Counted from the stretch's first letter, positions 11,252-19,132 are shown. The stretch is 64,000 nucleotides of DNA from IMGVR_UViG_3300044712_001937:124001-188000; one strand, 5' to 3'. Notes: generated from the letters alone by a model not told the origin. A program made the numbers and translations.

Positions 11252-12400
11252 TTATGGAATTGGAACATTTAAAACTCCCCAACTTGTACCGTTACTTTCA
11301 CATGTATAAATTTTACCATCACTGCTATCCCTAATACTTCTTCTAGCACCAGCTCCAGCAGTAGCTGCACTACCCAAACAACTAGCATTTGCAACTTCAG
11401 CTTGTGTAGGCGTATTATCAGTTAGTGTACAAGATTTCTGATTTTGTACTATATTTTCTGGAACGTATGTAACTCCATTTAAATAGATTGCTGTTGTTGC
11501 AGTAGTAGTCCCCTCTCTTATAGCTATTGCAGTTAATGTAGTATCTTTTTCTTCTGTTTCTCTGTCCCAAGTCCCAAAAAATAAATAGTGAGATTTAGTT
11601 GAATAAAACCCAGCGTGATTTCCAATACCTACATTATCACTTCCTGAAGCATTATTATATAAAGCATAAGTACCTACTGCTGTATTTCTATTTCCAGAAA
11701 CAGCAACGCCTAATGCTCCCAATCCTATTCCTACATTAGAAGCCCCGTATGCTGCCCATCCACCAATAGTAGACCTACCAATAGCCACATTGTCATCTGC
11801 TCCATTTAAATATATTAAAGCATTTGTTCCTATACCTACATTGTTATTTCCAGTAGAATTTGCATTTAATGCATTAGTTCCTAATTTAACATTAGTTCCT
11901 GAAGTTCCACCACCTCCATAAGTTTGAGCAATAGATATAGCTCTCCCTACAGTTACCATGCAACTGTCGTCTAAAACTACACCTTTATAGATTTGGTTTG
12001 CTACAATGGTGTCATTGCTTAATGAATCTGTATTAATAATATAAGTTAAAGTATCATTTTTACCCCATCTTGTAGTGTCTTGTACTGTAACATTTGATAA
12101 AATTGGGTTACCCTCTCCGGTAATTGACCAGCTTCTATTTATGGTTAAATCTTGTGATACTCCATTTATAGTAATTGTTCTGGATGTTGGTACAAATAAA
12201 TGCCAAATATTTCTAATATAATTTAATAATCTTTTATCATTTCTACCTACAATTTTATTATTACTTTTTACAACACTATTTGTAAATTGATTGGAAGAAA
12301 TAGTATCCATTCTTCCAATAAGAGTATCTGAACTAATTGTTTGTGCTTCCAATTGAAGACTTGTGAAAAATATAAAAATTAATATTAATAGTTTTTTCAT
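11252..12400 (-). CDS. Signal-peptide protein with YadA/Hep-Hag-like head repeats
   Basis: MKKLLILIFIFF; repeated NVGIGTNAL/NTAVGTYAL units. Confidence 0.75.
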   Translation of the reverse strand: MKKLLILIFIFFTSLQLEAQTISSDTLIGRMDTISSNQFTNSVVKSNNKIVGRNDKRLLNYIRNIWHLFVPTSRTITINGVSQDLTINRSWSITGEGNPILSNVTVQDTTRWGKNDTLTYIINTDSLSNDTIVANQIYKGVVLDDSCMVTVGRAISIAQTYGGGGTSGTNVKLGTNALNANSTGNNNVGIGTNALIYLNGADDNVAIGRSTIGGWAAYGASNVGIGLGALGVAVSGNRNTAVGTYALYNNASGSDNVGIGNHAGFYSTKSHYLFFGTWDRETEEKDTTLTAIAIREGTTTATTAIYLNGVTYVPENIVQNQKSCTLTDNTPTQAEVANASCLGSAATAGAGARRSIRDSSDGKIYTCESNGTSWGVLNVPIP

Positions 12401-12410
12401 ATGAATAATT

Positions 12411-13010
12411 TTATAATGATAAATTTTTTATTAAATAATAAATAATCCCATTTCCATGTTTAATGAATTCAATTAAATTATAATTTCCTGAAGTATTATC
12501 AATATCTGATGATAATACATCTTGAATCATACCTGAAAATGTAATTTCAGAACCATTTGCTCTTATAATTAAACTTGCTTTTCCACCAATTATAGTATCA
12601 TTAGAACCACTAATAACTAAAGCACTTACTTGATTATATGTATTATAGTATGTTCCTGAATATTTGTCAAGTTTTACTCCATTAACTGGATTATAATTTA
12701 AATTAGTTATTGGTTTAGAATTTCCAATATCTATAATTTGCTGTGTTGTAAGTCCAGTAGAAACACCACTAATTGGAATATATGCTGCTTTCCATTTATT
12801 TGTTTGACTATCCCATACATAAAACGAGTCAGTATCTCCTATTACAGCATACCAACCATCTAATCCTTCATTATAATTAGATTCTAATTCTGTTTTTGTG
12901 TTAAAAAAACCTTTATATTTTTCACTATTATTATCTAATGTATAAACACCTGTTTTTAAATATTGTCTATAAGCATTTTTAGATAAATTATCAAAATTAT
13001 TTGTTGACAT
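12411..13010 (-). CDS. Hypothetical (possible structural/fibre-associated) protein
   Basis: YKGFF...GWYAVIGDTDSFYVWD motif; preceded by AGTATTTAT motif on minus strand near 13030. Confidence 0.6.
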   Translation of the reverse strand: MSTNNFDNLSKNAYRQYLKTGVYTLDNNSEKYKGFFNTKTELESNYNEGLDGWYAVIGDTDSFYVWDSQTNKWKAAYIPISGVSTGLTTQQIIDIGNSKPITNLNYNPVNGVKLDKYSGTYYNTYNQVSALVISGSNDTIIGGKASLIIRANGSEITFSGMIQDVLSSDIDNTSGNYNLIEFIKHGNGIIYYLIKNLSL

Positions 13011-13163
13011 ATTATAATGTTTTAATAATAAATACTTTTAATTTAAAAAAAATAGATATAATAAATATATATTTAAAATAAATTTATCTTACATTAAATC
13101 AATATTTTAAATATTTTTTTAAAAAAATATTTAAAAAAATTTGGAGGATATTGAAACTTTTTT

Positions 13164-13171
13164 TATATTTG
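13164..13171 (+). promoter_or_regulatory. Bacteroidota sigmaA-type -7 element (TAnnTTTG) upstream of tRNA array
   Basis: TATATTTG with TTTG about 20 nt upstream. Confidence 0.6.
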
Positions 13172-13214
13172 CAGAGTATTTAAATGAAACGAAAATAATA
13201 AAAAATATTTAGAG

Positions 13215-13340
13215 ATGAAAACAACGGTATCAAGTAGAACAATTTCTATATCGACTTCAATTAGTCGCAATGGAAATTCTATATTTTGTTCAAATTTTGG
13301 AGGCAGAAGTAGAAATGATATCGGGTTATTGTTTTCATAA
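13215..13340 (+). CDS. Putative attenuator leader peptide (41 aa, Ser/Thr/Ile/Arg-rich)
   Basis: MKTTVSSRTISISTSISRNGNSIFCSNFGGRSRNDIGLLFS*; 3' end complementary to terminator 5' arm. Confidence 0.65.
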   Translation: MKTTVSSRTISISTSISRNGNSIFCSNFGGRSRNDIGLLFS

Positions 13341-13367
13341 GTTATGTGAACTTTGAAAATTAAACGA

Positions 13368-13398
13368 GAAACCCGATTCGAAAGATTCGGGTTTTTTT
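13368..13398 (+). terminator. Attenuator terminator
   Basis: aaacccga-ttc-gaaa-gat-tcgggttt plus U7. Confidence 0.85.
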
Positions 13399-13414
13399 GT
13401 TTTAAGTTAGTTAT

Positions 13415-13427
13415 GTTCTTTGACATG
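13415..13427 (+). promoter_or_regulatory. boxA-like antitermination element
   Basis: tgttctttgacat just before the first tRNA. Confidence 0.5.
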
Positions 13428-13438
13428 CTGGGAAATTT

Positions 13439-13526
13439 GTCGGGTTGCGTGAGTGGTCGAAACGGGGGTTCTGCAAAAGCTCTATTCCGAAAGGTACACA
13501 TTGGTTCAAATCCAATACCCGACTCA
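13439..13526 (+). tRNA. tRNA-Cys(GCA), long variable arm
   Basis: gtcgggt/acccgac acceptor, ct-gca-aa loop, U73. Confidence 0.85.
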
Positions 13527-13530
13527 ATAT

Positions 13531-13620
13531 TCTTGGGTTGCTTTAGTTGGTCGAAAAGTCCAGACTGTTAATCTGGTGAGATTTATCTCCATCATAGGTT
13601 CGAATCCTATCCCAAGAGCA
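13531..13620 (+). tRNA. tRNA-Asn(GTT), long variable arm
   Basis: tcttggg/cccaaga, ccaga-ctgttaa-tctgg, V-arm gagat-tt-atctc. Confidence 0.85.
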
Positions 13621-13687
13621 GTAATTTATTTATTAATATTTAGGTCGTTTGTTCGAATATAAAGTATTTATATTAAATATTTAATAT

Positions 13688-14272
13688 ATGAGTAATTTAA
13701 AAAATAATATCTTAAAATTAAGAGATGAAGGTAAAACATATAGTGAAATAAGTAAATTATTAAATTGTGCAAAAAGTACGATTTCTTATTATTGTAAATT
13801 ATATGGAAAATCAACTATTATTAGCAATAAAATAAATAATAGTGATATTTTATTATTTCAAGAGTTATATGATAATTATCATTCAGTTAATAAAGTTGCA
13901 TTTATTACAAATAGGTCTAAATCTACAATTTTAAAATATGTTAAAACTATAAAAAGAAATAAACAAACGTATGATGAAATAAAAAAAAATAACATTAAAT
14001 ATGTTAATAACTTTAGAAAAAGATTGAAAATAAAATCAGTTGATTATAAGGGCGGAAAATGTATTAAATGTGGTTATAATAAATGTATAGCAGCATTAGA
14101 ATTTCATCATAGAAATCCAAATAATAAAGATTTTGAAATTTCATCATCAAAAATTTTATCTTGGAATAAAATAAAAATTGAATTAGATAAATGTGATTTA
14201 GTTTGTAGTAATTGTCATAAAGAAATTCATTGGGATGTATCCCCTCTGCCTGATAAGCAGTTGGAAGGGTAA
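13688..14272 (+). CDS. HNH endonuclease with N-terminal HTH
   Basis: GGKCIKCGYNKC..ALEFHH...CSNCHKEIH. Confidence 0.85.
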   Translation: MSNLKNNILKLRDEGKTYSEISKLLNCAKSTISYYCKLYGKSTIISNKINNSDILLFQELYDNYHSVNKVAFITNRSKSTILKYVKTIKRNKQTYDEIKKNNIKYVNNFRKRLKIKSVDYKGGKCIKCGYNKCIAALEFHHRNPNNKDFEISSSKILSWNKIKIELDKCDLVCSNCHKEIHWDVSPLPDKQLEG

Positions 14273-14310
14273 TTTGGTTACATAAGGGTTCAATTCCCTT
14301 CTTCCCAACT
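14231..14310 (+). tRNA. Atypical tRNA-Ile(GAT)-like RNA lacking canonical D-arm
   Basis: tgggatg/cttccca acceptor; ctgc-ctgataa-gcag; T-arm aaggg-ttcaatt-ccctt; D-loop-like aatttggtta placed 3' of anticodon arm. Confidence 0.6.
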
Positions 14311-14317
14311 AAAATAT

Positions 14318-14402
14318 AGTGACGTGGATGAATGGTTTAGTCACCAGTCTGATACACTGGATTCTTAGGAATAATATGGGTTCGAATCCCATCGTCACTA
14401 CA
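14318..14402 (+). tRNA. tRNA-Ile(GAT), long variable arm
   Basis: agtgacg/cgtcact; ccagt-ctgatac-actgg; V-arm attc-ttag-gaat. Confidence 0.85.
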
Positions 14403-14457
14403 ATATTTAATAATAAATATTATGATATTAAATAAGTATTTATTATAAAATTTATTT

Positions 14458-14757
14458 ATGAAAAATATTAAATCAAAACAAAGACTATTTGAAGTTATTC
14501 AAAAAATAGATGACACTTATAAATCTAAAGAAATTCTTAATGAAACTAAAGCTTTTGGCAAATTAAGAAAATTAAATAAAAATTTATACGATGATACTAT
14601 TAATTTGGAAGAAAAAATTGGTGAAAATGTATTAAATTTAATTAAAGATTCTATTGAAAAAAATAATTTAAAATATAAAAATGATGAAGAACGTAAATTG
14701 GTATATCTTATAATTTTAGATTTGATTCTTAGTCGTTTTTTAGATAAAACAGAATAA
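14458..14757 (+). CDS. Hypothetical protein
   Basis: ORF after AGTATTTAT motif. Confidence 0.6.
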   Translation: MKNIKSKQRLFEVIQKIDDTYKSKEILNETKAFGKLRKLNKNLYDDTINLEEKIGENVLNLIKDSIEKNNLKYKNDEERKLVYLIILDLILSRFLDKTE

Positions 14758-14762
14758 CAATT

Positions 14763-14855
14763 GGAAAGTTACCCAAGTTGGTGAAGGGGACACACTGCTA
14801 ACGTGTTAGGTCATCTAATAAATGGCGCAAGAGTTCGAGTCTCTTACTTTCCGCA
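14763..14855 (+). tRNA. tRNA-Ser(GCT)
   Basis: Class II cloverleaf, ct-gct-aa, G73. Confidence 0.9.
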
Positions 14856-14919
14856 TTTGGTTTTTGGGTCTACTCCCGTGCTCAAGGATATCAAAAAATA
14901 TTTGTTAACGGGAGTCCTT

Positions 14920-15076
14920 GGAGAATTGGCAGAGTTGTTTAATGCGATGGTCTGGTTCAATATGATTGATTAAGGGTGAACTCCTTAGTCTTTTGCTCAT
15001 GAACGAAAACTATTGTTGCAAAGTAGAGAAGCAAATATTGAAAGCAACCAGAGGTTCGAAACCTTTATTCTCCACA
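14920..15076 (+). tRNA. tRNA-Ser(CGA or GGA)-like with 50-nt anticodon-loop insert
   Basis: ggagaat/attctcc, Ser-type D-arm, atggt-ct[insert]cgaaa-actat, enlarged V-arm. Confidence 0.65.
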
Positions 15077-15081
15077 AAAAT

Positions 15082-15170
15082 GGAAGATTGTCCGAGTGGT
15101 TTATGGAGGCGGTCTTGAAAACCGTTGTGCCCTAAAAAGCACCGTAGGTTCGAATCCTACATCTTCCGCA
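15082..15170 (+). tRNA. tRNA-Ser(TGA)
   Basis: Canonical class II cloverleaf. Confidence 0.93.
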
Positions 15171-15245
15171 ATAGAATCCCTTAAATAAGTAGTTGGTGTT
15201 GCCCCGTTACTGATGAGGATATTTGGGATAGTGTACGGGTTCTTT

Positions 15246-15330
15246 GGAAAGTAGCACTCAATGGTGAGTAACAAGGCTTGAACCCTTGGCTATCCTCCGG
15301 GGTAAGCGTTCGATTCGTTTACTTTCCGCA
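15246..15330 (+). tRNA. tRNA-Ser(TGA), 8/4 (allo-tRNA-like) fold
   Basis: ggaaagta/tactttcc 8-bp acceptor, agcg/cgtt 4-bp T-stem, caagg-cttgaac-ccttg. Confidence 0.75.
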
Positions 15331-15331
15331 C

Positions 15332-15577
15332 TTAAGTTGAATTTGCAGTTCAATTTAATATATGAATAGATAAGAACAATAGTATCTGCAAACTGCTATA
15401 AGTGTGTTTGTTCATATTGAATCCTTGCTTGCTTGGGACGCTGCTTCTAATGTTCAGTTGGGGTATTAAAATGCATCCGTGATTGACAACACGGAAACAA
15501 TAAAAATATCTTCCGAGACATTATCATGTTCGCAATAACATGTGGAATGCGTGAGTATAAGGCTCACACAAGGATTA
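15332..15577 (+). ncRNA. Unknown structured RNA(s) between tRNAs
   Basis: Two hairpins with complementary loops (tttgcag/ctgcaaa); multibranch domain closed by aatccttg/caaggatt. Confidence 0.5.
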
Positions 15578-15582
15578 AATCT

Positions 15583-15656
15583 GGTGACGTAGCTGAGTTG
15601 GTTTAGCGATGCCCTGAAAAGGCATAGAGGTCGGTTCGATTCCGACAGTCACCACA
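15583..15656 (+). tRNA. tRNA-Phe(GAA)
   Basis: atgcc-ctgaaaa-ggcat. Confidence 0.9.
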
Positions 15657-15818
15657 ATTAAAATCTGGTCACATAAGTGTATGTCCTAACCAGAAATACA
15701 TAACCTCATTAGCAGGGAGTATCTTAGTTTGGGCAACTAAGAATGTGAAAATAAAAATAGGTCGGGTTGCAGGTGGCGCAATTTGGCTAACTGTCTCACA
15801 AGGCATCCTATATAATAT

Positions 15819-15893
15819 GGAGATATAGCAAAGATGGTCTATGCAACGGACTGAAAATCCGAGGATACTGGCTCGATACCAGTTATCTCCACA
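15819..15893 (+). tRNA. tRNA-Phe(GAA), second copy
   Basis: cgga-ctgaaaa-tccg. Confidence 0.85.
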
Positions 15894-15902
15894 AAATAAT
15901 TT

Positions 15903-15976
15903 GCGAGTGTAGCACAACGGTTAGTGCGCCAGACTTCCAATCTGGGGATGTGGGTTCGATTCCCTTCACTCGCTCA
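15903..15976 (+). tRNA. tRNA-Gly(TCC)
   Basis: gcgagtg/cactcgc, ct-tcc-aa, U73. Confidence 0.92.
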
Positions 15977-15979
15977 TTT

Positions 15980-16053
15980 GAAGCTATAGTTTAATTGGAT
16001 AGAATGTCCCCAGCAAAGGGGTTGGTATAAGTTCGAGTCTTGTTGGCTTCACA
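15980..16053 (+). tRNA. tRNA-like RNA with aberrant anticodon loop
   Basis: Acceptor, D and T arms intact; cccc-agcaaa-gggg, no U33. Confidence 0.55.
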
Positions 16054-16103
16054 ATAGGTCTGAGGGAGTCCTTTGAAGGTATAAATAACCTGTCCCTCTC
16101 CAC

Positions 16104-16176
16104 GCAATAGTAGCATAGCGGTTAGTGTATCTGCCTACCACGCAGAATTTCGTGAGTTCGAGTCTCACCTATTGCT
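16104..16176 (+). tRNA. tRNA-Gly(ACC)
   Basis: gcaatag/ctattgc, tctgc-ct-acc-ac-gcaga, U73. Confidence 0.8.
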
Positions 16177-16225
16177 CTCGGTCGTTTTTTGTACTTCTCA
16201 GTATTTATATTGAAAAGTACAAATT

Positions 16226-16906
16226 ATGGCAAGAAAAGAAAAACAATACCATTTCATTTATAAAACTACTAATATTTTAACTGGTAAATATTATTATGGA
16301 ATGCATAGTGGCAATAATCTGGAGGATGGTTATTTAGGTTCAGGTAAAAGATTAAGACGTTCTATAAATAAATATGGCAAAGAAAACCATAAACGTGAAA
16401 TTATTGAATTTCTTCCGGATAGAAAATCTTTAATTGAACGTGAGAAAGAAATTGTTAATTTAAATGAAATTGCAAAAGTAGATTGCATGAATTTAGTTGT
16501 TGGTGGAAATGGTGGATTTAATGTAGAAATTGTGAAAAAGGGAAGATTAGCTGTTGATAATATTATGATAACAAGATATGGTATTAATTGGCGTTCTATT
16601 TTAGCTAAAAAAACTTTTAGTGATTTATCAATCAATAAACGTAATGAAATTAATAAAAAAATAATTGAAACCAATAAAAAAAATGGATTTACTTATGATA
16701 ATTTTAAAAATAAAAAGCATACCGAAGAAACAAGGAAAAAATTGAGTAAATCAAGAAAAGGAACAGGAATTGGTAATAAAAATTCACAATTTGATACATG
16801 TTGGATTACTAAAAATGGTATTAATAAAAAAATAAAAAAAGAAAATTTAATTTTATATTTAAAAGATAATTGGATTAAAGGTAGAAAATTAAAATGCATT
16901 CTATAG
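16226..16906 (+). CDS. GIY-YIG (Seg-like) homing endonuclease with NUMOD3
   Basis: FIYKTTN..TGKYYYGMH...YLGSG; KKHTEETRKKLS. Confidence 0.9.
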   Translation: MARKEKQYHFIYKTTNILTGKYYYGMHSGNNLEDGYLGSGKRLRRSINKYGKENHKREIIEFLPDRKSLIEREKEIVNLNEIAKVDCMNLVVGGNGGFNVEIVKKGRLAVDNIMITRYGINWRSILAKKTFSDLSINKRNEINKKIIETNKKNGFTYDNFKNKKHTEETRKKLSKSRKGTGIGNKNSQFDTCWITKNGINKKIKKENLILYLKDNWIKGRKLKCIL

Positions 16907-16970
16907 CTTAACTGGTAAAGCACATCCTTTGTAACGATGGGAAGCGGTTCGAGTCCGATAGAATGCTCTA
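16896..16970 (+). tRNA. Atypical tRNA-Thr(TGT)
   Basis: gcattcta/tagaatgc 8-bp acceptor; tt-tgt-aa loop with closing mismatch; weak T-stem. Confidence 0.55.
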
Positions 16971-17036
16971 AACTAATAGTTGATGCGAGATGGTGAGTGT
17001 ACATAAACACATGTGGTAAGATTATTAGTTTTATTT

Positions 17037-17109
17037 AGTGATGTGGCGCAATGGTTAGCGCAGGACTCTTATAAGGTCGAGGTTGGGGGTTCAAGTCCCT
17101 TCATCACTA
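17037..17109 (+). tRNA. tRNA-Ile(TAT)
   Basis: gact-ct-tat-aa-ggtc; A73. Confidence 0.85.
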
Positions 17110-17181
17110 CTAAATTTTTAAAATGTCTTTTATAATTGAAATAAAGATATTATTTTTGTTTAAATTAAAAATAAATGTATC

Positions 17182-17574
17182 ATGAGTATTCAGGAAAAAA
17201 TTAGGGAAGACATGGTTAATTCCATGAAGAACAAAGACTCTGAAAAGTTGAATTTGTTAAGAGTAGTTATTGGTGAATTTGGAAGAATTGGTAAAGAACT
17301 TTCAGATGAACAATCGGTAAAAGTTATTCAAAAAATGCATGAAAATGCAATTGAAATGAAAAACGATTATGAAATTAGTATACTTGAAGGTTATATTCCT
17401 AAAAAATTAGATGAATCTCAAATAAAAGAAATTGTAAAATCGATTATTGATTCAAATAATATTTCGAGTATTAAAGAAATGGGTAAAGTTATGGGTGAAT
17501 TAAAGAAACATCCTAATGTTGCTCAAATCGATAATAAAATAGCAAGTACTGTTATTAAAGAAATGTTGGCGTAA
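17182..17574 (+). CDS. yqeY: GatB/YqeY domain protein
   Basis: SIQEKIREDM..SMKNKD...YIPKKL...MGKVMG. Confidence 0.85.
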   Translation: MSIQEKIREDMVNSMKNKDSEKLNLLRVVIGEFGRIGKELSDEQSVKVIQKMHENAIEMKNDYEISILEGYIPKKLDESQIKEIVKSIIDSNNISSIKEMGKVMGELKKHPNVAQIDNKIASTVIKEMLA

Positions 17575-17588
17575 AGCCAACATTTTAT

Positions 17589-17663
17589 GCATCGGTAGCT
17601 CAGTGGTAGTAGCGTCTGCCTGTTAAGCAGAGGGTCGTAGGTTCAATCCCTACCCGGTGCGCA
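17589..17663 (+). tRNA. tRNA-Asn(GTT)
   Basis: tctgc-ctgttaa-gcaga; G73. Confidence 0.9.
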
Positions 17664-17700
17664 AATAAAAATTATAAGTATTTATAAGAAAATTTTTAAT

Positions 17701-17967
17701 ATGAGTAAAGTTGGTGATTTTTTAATTAATAGTTGGAATAGTTTTCCAAAAATTTATTTATATATTTTCTTAATAGCTATTATTGCTGGTTTAGCTGGTG
17801 GTATTGAAGTAGGTGGATATACAGTATTTATTTTAGGTGGTGCATTTATTGCATTTATTTGGCTTAGAATGATATGGAATTGGTTAGATAGTTGGTTGAA
17901 TTTAAGTTACAATTTAAAATTATTAGGATATTTGATTAAATCGTGGTTTACTAAAAATGAAAATTAA
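17701..17967 (+). CDS. Hypothetical 2-TM membrane protein
   Basis: Two hydrophobic helices. Confidence 0.6.
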   Translation: MSKVGDFLINSWNSFPKIYLYIFLIAIIAGLAGGIEVGGYTVFILGGAFIAFIWLRMIWNWLDSWLNLSYNLKLLGYLIKSWFTKNEN

Positions 17968-18487
17968 AAAAGTTATACATAAAAACGATAGAAGACCATT
18001 CCCTTATTTTGATTTCTTCATTCCTGTAATTATATTTCGAAATAAATCTTACTCAATTTCAAAATATTTTAAATTTGATTCTTCAACACTATACCATTTT
18101 GAAGATGAAGACCAATACGATATTAATAAATTAATGGGATTTAGTATTGGAATGCATCATAATAATTCGTTTAGATTTGGATGGAGACCTAATAAGGATT
18201 TAAGTAAAATGGAAATCGTAGGTTATGAATATTTAAATAAATTACGTATTCCTGAACTACCTATTTGTGAAGTTAAATTGGATAAATGGTATAAATTTGA
18301 ATTAAAATATATTGCAGAAACTGGTCAAATTGAGTATGTTGTAACAGATGGAAATGAAATTTTTAGTTGTAAACATCCTGCAACCAACATAAAAAGAAAA
18401 TTTAATCTTGGTTATAAATTATATCTTTACTTTGGTGGAAATAAAAAAGCACCTCATGATATGATTATTTATCAGGATAATGAATAA
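17957..18487 (+). CDS. Hypothetical phage protein
   Basis: DINKLMGFS..HHNNSFRFGWR...YFGGNKKAPHD; beta-rich. Confidence 0.7.
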   Translation: MKIKKVIHKNDRRPFPYFDFFIPVIIFRNKSYSISKYFKFDSSTLYHFEDEDQYDINKLMGFSIGMHHNNSFRFGWRPNKDLSKMEIVGYEYLNKLRIPELPICEVKLDKWYKFELKYIAETGQIEYVVTDGNEIFSCKHPATNIKRKFNLGYKLYLYFGGNKKAPHDMIIYQDNE

Positions 18488-18492
18488 TTGAT

Positions 18493-18568
18493 GCCGAAGT
18501 AGCTTTAATTGGTAGAGCACCTGACTTGTAATCAGGGGGTTGGGGGTTCGAGTCCCTTCTTCGGCTCA
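18493..18568 (+). tRNA. tRNA-Thr(TGT)
   Basis: cctga-cttgtaa-tcagg. Confidence 0.92.
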
Positions 18569-18600
18569 TAAAAATAATTTTATCAATAATACCAATATGA

Positions 18601-18834
18601 ATGACGGTGAAGAAAATAAACAGGGAAAAGTTAGCAACTTTATTTCTTTTTTTAGGAACATTTTTCAATCCTATGGGTTACGATGCAATACTAAAATATT
18701 TAATAGACAAGACCGGAAATTATTGGTATTCAATTTCTATTTTTTACCTATTATCAGTATTTTTCTTTATATTATATTTTGTATTTGCTAAAATAAATCC
18801 ATTAAATATTTTTAAATTTAATAAGAATAAATAA
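18601..18834 (+). CDS. Hypothetical membrane protein
   Basis: GTFFNPMGYDA; 2 TM helices. Confidence 0.6.
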   Translation: MTVKKINREKLATLFLFLGTFFNPMGYDAILKYLIDKTGNYWYSISIFYLLSVFFFILYFVFAKINPLNIFKFNKNK

Positions 18835-18872
18835 TAAAATATTAATAATTTGTTTTATATTTGTGATAACAT

Positions 18873-18947
18873 GTCTCCATAGCTCAACGGATAGAGCATT
18901 AGTCTTCTAAACTAAGGATTTGCGTTCGATTCGCAGTGGAGATACTA
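18873..18947 (+). tRNA. tRNA-Arg(TCT)
   Basis: ttagt-cttctaa-actaa. Confidence 0.9.
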
Positions 18948-18960
18948 ACAAAACTAAACT

Positions 18961-19080
18961 ATGACAGTTATTTGTCCCAAATGTAAACAAACAGTTTTTA
19001 TTTTTGAAAATAAAGATTATGTTATTTGTTGTGGAGAAGTAATCTTCGTAGTTAAAACGCTTCCATCGTCCAAGGGATAA
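18961..19080 (+). CDS. Small Zn-ribbon protein (39 aa, below ORF-track cutoff)
   Basis: MTVICPKCKQ...ICCGE. Confidence 0.5.
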   Translation: MTVICPKCKQTVFIFENKDYVICCGEVIFVVKTLPSSKG

Positions 19081-19132
19081 GGCATCGGTTTCCTAAACCG
19101 ATAATACAGGTTCGAGTCCTGTTGGGAGTACA
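19059..19132 (+). tRNA. tRNA-Arg(CCT)
   Basis: tcggt-ttcctaa-accga. Confidence 0.88.

Noticed and set aside
13163-13662. ORFs 13163-13501(-), 13353-13571 and 13453-13662
   Set aside because: Shadows of the attenuator and tRNA genes.
15205-15225. Hammerhead ribozyme (CTGATGA)
   Set aside because: No correctly placed GAAA core or stems II/III.
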